Shown piece by piece: positions 53,013 through 64,000 of a DNA stretch of 64,000 bases (position 1 is the first letter of the stretch; each line of letters opens with the position of its first letter). Source of the stretch: the human T2T-CHM13v2.0 reference genome, Homo sapiens; the NCBI RefSeq assembly GCF_009914755.1, contig NC_060934.1; one strand, given 5' to 3'. The notes under the pieces were generated by a model. It was not told the origin of the DNA, searched no databases, and worked only from the letters and a program-made list of their open reading frames with translations. A program made the position numbers and the translations under genes.

Positions 53013-53319
53013 CACTGGAGAAGTTTAATGAGCCTCAGCCAATCTGTGAACAAGAGCAAGGGTTTTCAGAAAAATTTTTGAGCCATAGGATCCTCTCTTC
53101 TTTTGAAACCTAATGTAGAGATCTTACTTTGGAAATGAGAAAGTGCTGATCTATACTTAAATGGGGGCTGGGGTCTCACCTGCTTACCATTCTCACAGTC
53201 CCTTTCAGGAAGCTACTCCGTGAAACCCCCATGGCTGTGAGAAGTCTTTGACTGGAGGACTCTCACATCATATGCTACCTTTGCCAGTCCCGCCCACACC
53301 TGCGAATCAGCTGCCAGCA

Positions 53320-53700
53320 CTGCACCTGTGATTTCTAAATTGCCATCTCCTGATCTCTACGTAACCTCCGGTTGCACATTTCCAGTTCCTTACCGGATCT
53401 ACCCCACAAAGGTCCATATGTTCCTCAACGTCTCCAAGACTTCATCTAATTGTCCTGCCTGCCACCCCCATCTCTCCTTTAGCACTTCTATTTCTTATTT
53501 CCTAAGTCAATTGATAGGATTGCAAGAAAGTTTGGGGTTATCTTGGAATACTTCCCGACTCACAACTCCTGCGCAGGTAACCAGCCACGAATTCCTATGA
53601 TTCTACCCCTAAAACTTCTCTGAGATCTATAGCCTATTCTCTATCCCCACTGCCACTGCCTGAATTGGGCTTTTGCCATCTTTGTTAGAGACTGTAGCAT
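53320..53700 (+). mobile_element. L2 fragment
   Basis: GGGGTTATCTTG...GATTCTACCCCTAAAACTTCTCTGAGATC...CTATCCCCACTGCCACTGCC. Confidence 0.7.
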
Positions 53701-54587
53701 CAATATCCATATCTAGTGCCTGCCCTGAGCCATTCCTGACTCTGCAATAAAGAGGAAGCCCTCTGACCAGTGAGACGAAGATCCACCATTGAAGAATGAG
53801 GAGGATATTTACAGGACTTCCTTAAGCCAATAAGCGTGATCTTGCTATATTCCAAGAGCATGCAGCTCATTTGAGAATGCTTCTCATGTAAATGTCCGTT
53901 GAGAGAAATGCAAACACAGCCCATTCACTGATTTGCCCTTTGTGTTGTCTTTTCTAACTCCTTTTCCCTTATGCGTGGGTGGAGTGCTAACAGCTGTACC
54001 AGGGAACAACTAATCCCATGGGCAACCCGCCGCCAGGGTCCATCATTCACAGAAGACAATCTACTGTTTCTCATTGTGCTCCATGATTCACCCACTGCAA
54101 GAGAAAACTAACACACAGAGTGATTGTTCCATCTCCCGTGGAGAGGGTCCTTATTATGACAGAGAAGTTATTTTCTTTTCTGTGGTTTCTTAAGGGTTCT
54201 CTAATTGGGTAACCCCCTGCTGACCCCCGGCTATGGCAGTTTCTATATTGATATCTTTGTTCCACTGCTTGCACACTGAAGCCAGGAACGAGTAATTCAA
54301 ACCAACAGAGAGCATAAGATAATGGGGCTTTTATAAACTACTAGTGTTTAAAAGGCAATGACCCTTTAAGTTCACTGGAGTTCTCTTCCATTAAGAATTT
54401 TTCTCACCTGTACACAACAGATGGGGGATGCATTACAGCCCTGTGTCTGCTCCGGACGGGAGCTGAGCTCATCTGCTAGACTTCATGGACTTGAACCTGG
54501 ACTGCTTTGGAGTTCATTCATGTTCTACCCACACTTGGATAACAGCTCAGAATAAGCACAGAAGCTTTCCATTTTTTTGTTTTGAAT

Positions 54588-54847
54588 AAATATGGGAAAG
54601 TATAAAGGGTAATGGGAAATAAAATAAAAATATGGGAAAGTATAAAGGATAATGTAACAAAAACCCATATTCCTAGAAATGGTAACACCTAGAAATATTA
54701 ACTTTTCAAATTTTGTCCTATTTGCTTGTGGTATTTTAATTTGAGAAAGTATAAAGGATGATGTAACAAAAACCTATATTCCTAGAAATGTTAACACCTA
54801 GAAATATTAACTTTTCAAATTTTGTCATATGTGCTTGAAGTATTTTT
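54588..54847. repeat. Tandem duplication (109-bp unit x2, plus a 40-bp period repeat) in an old L1ME-like 3' end
   Basis: GAAAGTATAAAGGAT...GTATTTT starts at 54636 and 54745. Confidence 0.9.
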
Positions 54848-55281
54848 TTTAAGGCAATAAAGCATTAGAGTTAAAACTAAAATCCTCTTTAGCCTCCAAC
54901 CCTAGTGTTCCCAGTCCGCACCCCAAGGGCCACTATCATCATAGGATGGTGTATAGCTATGCGGTCCGTTCATTTCTTTTATTTCTTTCTACTGATATGA
55001 AATTTATTTATTGCATTTCTAGTCTATTAGTGTTAATAAAGTTTTAATGTGTATACTTATATATTTTTTCAAAACTTAAAATTCACCAATGTCTATATTC
55101 TCTGTAACATGGCAATATAGTTACATTCTGTGCTATTTTCAAACACTCTCCTTATCTGAACACCATGTTAACACCTATGTCTCAGTTCAAGCTTATTTTA
55201 ATCACAACATTTTTTCTCTTTCTTTTCTTCTTTTCTTTTTTGTCTTCCTCTTTCTGTTACTGCTTTAGGATTTATTAATTA

Positions 55282-55389
55282 TGATAGGATTGCAAGGACA
55301 TTTGGGGTTATCTTGGAATACTTCCCGACTCACAACTCTGTTGGAAGAAATACTAGAATCCTGTTTCTGCCGCATTTGTGTCTTGATCC
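55282..55389. repeat. Mosaic of three locally templated segments
   Basis: Matches 53512-53568 (direct), 49729-49751 (inverted) and 50972-51000 (inverted). Confidence 0.85.
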
Positions 55390-55408
55390 TTGAAACTTAT
55401 GCCCTCTG

Positions 55409-55995
55409 TTCCTCAAGGACCTAAAACAGAAACACCACTCGACCCAGCAATCCCATTACTGGGTATATACCAAAAGGAGTAGAAATTGTTCTATCATAAA
55501 GACACATGCACGCATATGTTCACTGCAGCACTATTTACAACAGCAAAGACATGGAATCGACCTAAATGCCCATCAGTGGTAGACTGGATAAAGAAAATGT
55601 TGTACATATACAACATGGAATACTACGCAGCCAGGAAAAATGACAAGATTATGCCCTTTGCAGGAACATGGGTGGAGCTGGAGGCATTATCCTTAGCAAA
55701 CTAACAGAGGAATAGAAAACTAAATACTGCATGTTCTCACTTACAAATGCAAGCAAAATGATGAGAACACATGGACACAAAGAGGGAAACAACACACACT
55801 GGGGTTTTTTCAGAGGGTGAAGTGTAGGAGGGAGAGGATGGGGAAAAATAATAACTAATGAGTACAAGGCTTAATACCTGGGTGATGAAATAATCTGTAC
55901 GACAAACCCCCGTGACACAAGCTTACCTATATAACAGACCTGCACATGTACGCCTGAACTTAAAATAAAAGTTAAATAAAAAAATGTTTAAAAAG
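55409..55995 (+). mobile_element. L1PA 3' end, 5'-truncated
   Basis: HKDTCTHMFTAALFTTAKTW; L1PA 3'UTR and A-rich tail. Confidence 0.92.
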
Positions 55996-56660
55996 AAACA
56001 TTTCTTTATTGTGGATTCAGTCTTCTTGTGGAGGTATATTCTTTAGCTGTCCTTCCAGCAAACATCTGAGAGAGTATATTTCCTAGGTCCTGATGTCTCT
56101 GAAAATGTTTCCATTTTGCTCTCATTCTTAAAAGATGGTCCGGGAACAGAACTCCAAGTTAATAGCTATTTTGCCTCAACTGTTTTTAAGATAGTACTTA
56201 GCTTTCTTCTGGCATTTTTTTGGTTTGGTTTTGTTTTATTGTTCATGAAAAGTCTATTAGTGATATTTCTTTTGTGGGCAATCTAATTTTTTCTCTGATC
56301 ACTTACAGTATTTTCAGTTTTAAATTCTGCAAATTTTGCAGTTTAACATGGTATGTACGGAGATTTTAACTTCATTAATCCTGGTGGATATTTTCATTCT
56401 GATTTATAGCTTTCATTTTTCCTAGAAATTTCCCAAAAAATTTGAATGTTTTCTCTCCTTATTCTTTCTATACTCTCCTACTGAAAGTCTGTTCATCAAA
56501 TTCTCCTGTTTTCCATGTGTTTTAACTAATTTTAAAAACAATTTTCATGTTTTTATCTCTCTATGCTATGTTCTGGGTATTTCCTCTGTTCCACATTTTA
56601 ATTCACTCATTTCTACTTTAGCTGTGTTTAGTTCATGAGTTAATGCATTTGTATTCTTCC
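55996..56660 (-). mobile_element. Old L1M fragment (ORF1 region)
   Basis: T-rich antisense sequence, TCTCTGAAAATGTTT...CTCATTCTTAAAAGAT. Confidence 0.6.
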
Positions 56661-56832
56661 TCCATAGCGGTGGTTATTTCTTGCTTTTGAATACAATGTA
56701 CAACTTTTTTTCTTCTTTGGGACAATTTAATAATTTTCTAAAATGTCTACGTATTTGGCATAGAAAGCATTTATATACAGTAGAAGCAGACAGAGAAATT
56801 TTAGTGCGTGCTGAACTCACAATCTTGATTGC

Positions 56833-57130
<298 letters not shown>

Positions 57131-57757
57131 TGATTACTTTTTGACTTAGAGTAAATGCTATCCTGTCCTGAATTATCTCACCTGTTGTTGCCGTGATAAC
57201 CATATTAACCAATTTTCGTATTCTGACAAGGGAATGTTTCATAAATTGTCAATTTATTTAATTAAAAAGTCTTACAAAAGGCCAATCACGTTTAACAATT
57301 TTTTGAAAATAATACAATTACATGAACCATAATAATCCCACCAAAGTCCAGAGTGGAAAAGTCAGTAGAAATAAACATTTCTGAATCTATTTTTATGACT
57401 CAAGCACTGACAAGGCCTGAAAGGTCCTTTCTTGCTCCATAGATCTCTAGATATGGGAAGTAGAGATGAAATGAATGTGTATTAAGTGGACATATTTTAT
57501 ATGGTTTCTTTAAAATCTCAAAAGTAAACTGTTTCCTTCTGATTTGCTTCTTTGAAATCAAAGTAAGATCTAGCAAAACATTCCAGTCATTTAAAATTCC
57601 CCCACTGATAGTGATTGTAATGGTGGGTTTTGTTTGTATTTGAGGGCTGATCACATTTATAAACATATAAGCTGTATTATTGTGAAATTCATGGTCCTTC
57701 ATTAAAATAAAGTTTACAAAACATCCTTTTATTATTATCTCAATTATTTTTTATATT

Positions 57758-57771
57758 GTTGCCATGGTTAC
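57758..57771 (-). promoter_or_regulatory. RFX X-box consensus match
   Basis: Minus strand GTAACC-AT-GGCAAC fits GTNRCC-N2-RGYAAC exactly. Confidence 0.5.
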
Positions 57772-60630
57772 AGTCAGTAACATTAATAGTTAAAGGAAAA
57801 ACTAGGCTTTCCTTTGTAAATGGAGAAAGGAATAGTATTTTCTTTGTTGCTTTCAATACGCAGGTTTGAAAAAATCTTGGTTATGAAGTCAGGGAATTAC
57901 ATTACACTTAAGAGCAAACATCATATATAAATCTTCTTATGTCTTCTTGGTTATTAATTAATGTGCTAATGATGCCAGGAAGTTTCTTAGCTGAAACTTG
58001 TGGTTTAAAGTAGCTGTTCTTGGGGGAAGAAATTTGGCCAGATTCCCTTTATAGACCTAAAGATTTTAGTACTTACTATACAATGAAGGATTTGTCCTCA
58101 TTTTTGGAAAACTAATGAAATTAGTAATTTGTGATGCATGTCTGGTATGGAAGGAAATCACAATAAGATCTACATGCACCTTTTTAAAAGACGAATTGCA
58201 AAAAATGGCAAACAAACAAGCAAGAAAAAGCACATGCAATGCGTTCAATGTTCCTGGGAGAACAAGCTCTTTCAAAATTGAAAATATATATTGTTCAGCA
58301 TTGTTACAAATGAGGTACCTGTGTATTAAACTGGCTTCAAATGATGGATTGGAGTTGTAATTGATTGGCTTCTCCCACGACCAATCATATGTGTCCCAGG
58401 AGATGTCATAGGAGGGCTCATAACTCATCTCCCACCCACAGCCTCCCAGTAGTCATTACCTGGTTGCAGGTAAAACTCTCTTGATATCTCCCAACAAAAA
58501 GATGTTTGTTGGGATCAGAGGGTAGAGACCTGCTTAGACATTTGAAAACAAGGAGAAAACCCACAAACAGAGGGCTAACATCAATGTGGGTAATATCTAA
58601 ATTTTGTTTACTGTATATCAATGTGGAGAATAAATGAGGAGTAGAGTAGTTCTTTTAAAAGAATGAAAATTAGGCCTATTCTAGAGACAAATAGATTCCG
58701 CTGATATTGACAATTGCCTAAATCATTAGTCACTGTGAAATCTTCAAGATTTTGCAGCTTTTTTGATATTGACTTGATACTGCCTGTTTTTATCTGGACC
58801 TCTCCAGATCGCCTGAGTTTCGACTGTGAAGATTTACTCATATACTGCTTTTCTTCTAGATTCTTGTCTGGGAATATTTAGGATCAACATCCAGGAATTC
58901 AGCATTTCCTATGGGATTTTGATATTTTCCTTTTTTCATCTTAATTGTAGACGAAAGTTGGTAAAATGAAAACCAGCTTCACATTTATGAACCTTGAGTG
59001 AAAAAGGAAAAATGCCTTGAGATGTACTTAATCTTTTGAGACGATTTAGGTGTTTTCTGTATATAACTCTAGATATCTGTGCAATTTCTTTGACCAGGGG
59101 AGCAAGAAGTTTCAGTTCCTTTAAACTCATATAAGAAAGTAGAAGTACTCCGAAAAGAAATGACTTCTAAGAGGGATACCAGAAGTCAGAGAAAGGGCTA
59201 GACATTGAAATCTGGTTTCAAATACTCTACAAGCAGAGGAAAAGTCAGGAGAGCAGCTCCTATGCACAAAGATGACAATGACAATGCTATTTGTAGTATC
59301 TGAAAATGGACTAAATTGAAAGGTGCTTAACATGAAAAGTAGACACACACAAAGTTAATATTTCTTGTAGGCAAGAGGGTTACAAAAGAACACTGGTGTC
59401 GTCTCCTGCTGCCTTGATAACATAGTGCACATCAGAAGCTCCTGCAATGAATTTTAGGGTAACTTTCATCTGAATGGAATCGCTCTCCACTTTACTATAA
59501 CACCAGATTTGAACATTCTAAGTGTGCATTTTTAATATTTTCAAAAACATTGGGTTGGTGCAAACTGATGGTGGCTTTATGCTGCCATGCCATCGAATAA
59601 CTAAGGATACCACATCTAGTTCCCCTTGGCTAACTCATTGCCTAGGACAGCGATAAGGAACCAAGCATGGAAGCTTTAGAGTTTTACCCCACACCTCCCA
59701 TTCCAGTTGCTCTATCCACCCCTCACCCCCGCAACAGCATAATACTGCATTTATTAAATATGTGCCTGGGAAGTTTCCCCTAGAGCCACATGCACTTCTG
59801 TCCATATTTTACAGTGGTAGGTGGTAGACCTGGAGAGAGAATGTGCAAGTTACCCACCTTTATGAGGCTGTTGAAAATCACTCCCAGAATTACATCTCAT
59901 TTCTAAAAGTATACTTTGGGAATAAGGGCAAAGAATTAGGAAATCAATGGGATTAACTAAATTCACTGCCCTCTTATTTCTTATTTTTATAACACTTAAG
60001 GGTTTTTTTTATCTCATTAAGATCTTGGCAGAGCACTCCATTACAGAGTTCCCATGCTCCCGATAGGAGGAATATATTCTATTGCATTTTTTGGCTCATA
60101 TGTTTTAAGTGTTTCTTCAACAACACGAGAGTGAGCATCAGATCACCTCTGGCTAAGGAATGAAGGAACCCACTTCAGGAGAAATTGCACTAAGACTACC
60201 TTTGTTTTAAGGGTGTAAAAATCCTTAAATCCTACTTGCACAGAATTGCGTAGACCCTGCTGAATTTTCATCAATATTGTCTTCTTTCCAACTCCTTCTA
60301 CTGCATTAGCCTATAGCAACTGGACCGTACACAAATAAGTCTTAGCACTAAACTGTAGAGCTCCTTCTCAGACAACATCCATGACAGGAGAAAGGGGCAT
60401 GAAGAGATGAAGCACAAAGTATACATTGAAAAAGTTGTGGGTCATGTTTTTCAACACATTTTCTTGCTTGGTTCCATTCAGTGAGCTTTGATTTCCTTTA
60501 GTTCTGGGTAGAGGATTTACGCTTATTTTTTTATGACTAGGTGAACTATCTTTAAATACAGTGAAAAAATTCAGAAACTCTGTTATATCAAAGACTTCTG
60601 GAAATATGGGGAAGAAGGTAAGGAAGAAAT

Positions 60631-60790
60631 TGGGCATGGTAGTGCACACCTGTAGTCCCACCTACTTGGAAGGCTGAGATGAGAGGATCATGGGAACCCA
60701 GGAGTTCAAGACCAGGCTGGGCAACTTAACAAGACCCCATTTCACAAAGAAGAAGAAGAAGGAGGAGGAGGAGGAGGAGGAAAGAAAAGA
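60631..60790 (+). mobile_element. Alu monomer (FAM/FLAM) with (GAA)n(GAG)n tail
   Basis: Single arm ending AGACCCCATTTC, then a purine microsatellite. Confidence 0.8.
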
Positions 60791-60986
60791 GTGACCCACA
60801 ACCCAAAGCCTTGCCATTTCCCATAAAAAAAGCCACAATCTGTCCCTTGGAGCACATGAAGGGCAGATCTCCAGTCTAAGAAGAGGCTCCCTTCTTCCCC
60901 GAGTGCAGGAGGGGAAGCCACCTGGGATCTTCCAGCATGAGCTCATGTACCTGCTGCTGTCTTTCACGACACTTGAAAGCAATTGC

Positions 60987-61700
<714 letters not shown>

Positions 61701-62234
61701 TAACACCTGTTGTTTCTCTGGTACTCAGATTCCAGGGAAGTGGACGTGTTCATGGTTTCTCTGCAGAGGAGCTCATTCCAAAGAATGATGGACACAGGTT
61801 AGTAGTTGTCCAGGCCAGAATGGAGGGATTACAGTATGTGATGATCTGTACTGGGATTTCCGAGACTAAGATTTGGTCTGGAGAGGGTGTGTTAATTATA
61901 CTTAAAGTCTTCTTTCAGTCTCCTGCATATGAAGCAATACTCTGTGTACTTGGAAGGATTTAGAATTATGAAATGTTTCTTTTGTCTGGAACTAGTCTGC
62001 CTGTGATGCTAAGTAAGACAGATGGATGCGAAAGGAGATGCAACATAGCATGGGGAAGGCCAGGAGAGGTGAATGAGAAGTGAAGAAAAACAGATGATAA
62101 CAGCAAGAGATGGGATTTGGGCTGGGCTCAGAAGGATGGGTGTCTTTTAGGAAACCATCCATGCCCATCTCTCCCATATTATTTAGTATCTACCTTTGCT
62201 TATGTCGTCATAAGGCTTCTCTCGTTGTTTCTAG

Positions 62235-62360
62235 TAGTCTGTTTACCTGGCTAGGGTGAGGACAATGGCTTATCATGTTTTAGTCCGAGATTCCCAGCAT
62301 GTAGCATGGCGCCTGGCATGCAGTAGAAGCTCAATAAATATGGGCTGAGTTGAATGAATT
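62235..62360 (+). mobile_element. L2 3' end
   Basis: GCCTGGCATGCAGTAGAAGCTCAATAAATATGGGCTGAGTTGAATGAA. Confidence 0.8.
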
Positions 62361-62659
62361 AGTGGAGAGGAGAGAGAAGGAAATTTTGGGCAGAGAGCTA
62401 GCCCAAGAAAATGCTTGGAGGCAGGGCAATTTTTCTCATGTCAGTATAGTATGAGTCACCATGAGGAAAGTGGGGCAGTGAACCGGACTGGGCTCGGGGG
62501 ATGGGTGAGCAGAGAGGAAGTGAGGAAATGGCTGCTCTGTTCTCACCACTGCTGGCCATGTTCCCGTGGCTGTTCTTGGCAGGTGTGAGGAGGTGGCGGG
62601 CCGTGCCTGGCAGAACACACCCATTGATGCAGGAGGTGGTACAGAAGAGGGGATAAGAG

Positions 62660-63180
<521 letters not shown>

Positions 63181-64000
63181 TGTGACTATAGATCACATCC
63201 ATTAGGCTCCTCACTGGAGGGAATCCTGGCTACGCTGTGTGACTGGATGTGCCTTGGTCAGCAGTATTGACTGGTGCTGACATCTGAGCCTCTTCTTCCT
63301 TGCACAGTGAGCAACTAGCCAGCTTGTGTGACTCCATTAGGTCCCAGAGCAACTTTGAAGAGAAACCTGGTGATTCTGGAGGACAACGCCCATGTTTCTC
63401 AGGCACTCTCTGCAAATGTGAGCACCGATAGGGCCTTTACTAAGGATGAAGTTGTGGCTCTGGATCTGTAGTCTACCTCCAGCTTGCAAAGCTCTTGCCT
63501 TGCAGCCTTGAAAAACCAAGCGAAAGTGCATGGAGAGCTTTGAGGCATCCTAGCTCTGCAGGAAAACAGGGGTCAGATGAGGCAAGCTGTGTGGTGCTAG
63601 ATCTGATTGTAGAGCCAGGCTGTGTCACTGGACCTACTTCTCAAAGAGATTAGACAGGATCAGAGCCAATGGGACCTTTTCCAGTGTTAATTGGACTTAG
63701 TTATAAATAACACGGAAGCCTCTTGTCATTGCTCCTCTGGGTGTCTAGCTTACATGCCAAAACACAGAACTTGAATAAAAATGTTTGAGACATGCTAGCA
63801 GGTTTCAAGGTCTTCACCCTCGTGACAGGGGTTGCGTAGCAGGTTTCCTTCTCATCAAGAGGCTTAAAAGTGAGAAGGAGCAGTGCATTTCAAGTTATTT
63901 GATAAATTGAGTAAAACCCATTTGCCAGTTGGAATTTTTTTTTAATAGAGGAGGTCCTCACTACAGTTCTAATTAAAAATCAATGTGATATATAATTAAA

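Noticed and set aside
54588-54847. CRISPR-like or satellite array
   Set aside because: Only two copies per unit, no unique spacers, eukaryotic L1 context
58380-59130. Ty3/Gypsy RT-RNase H reading (HLNRL...KCEAG, LGNCQYQR, HIDVS, SRSL) on minus
   Set aside because: Motif spacing is off by roughly 10-40 aa, there is no YxDD, and other readings fit the same DNA equally well
59548-59600. Bornavirus glycoprotein-like peptide IGLVQTDGGFMLPCHRI on plus
   Set aside because: Only about 6/17 identities to a remembered sequence and no flanking similarity; chance level

Overview
Hominoid, most likely human, non-coding genomic DNA. It is dense in Alu, L1, MIR, L2, MaLR/ERV LTRs and DNA transposons, and contains an SVA, which is ape-specific. 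I find no credible protein-coding exon or RNA gene; the listed ORFs are repeat-derived or chance. Best-supported structures: (1) a full-length Hsmar2 mariner fossil (7234-8578); (2) a 5'-truncated, internally deleted SVA carrying a 3' transduction, all inside one 17-bp TSD (12395-13065); (3) a mosaic of three short segments copied from 1.8-5.6 kb away, two of them inverted, sitting at the 5' junction of an L1PA insertion (55282-55408); (4) a small CpG island with a CTCF-like site (~2.9-3.5 kb), plus CTCF and RFX motifs at ~17.4, ~18.0 and ~57-58 kb; (5) several local tandem and fold-back duplications. Some unique-looking intervals resemble extremely decayed RTE-type LINE ORFs, but my opposite-strand control also produced matches, so that is only a hypothesis. 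Repeat subfamily names come from remembered consensus sequences, and boundaries without a TSD are approximate. I cannot support a new biological system here beyond these observations.
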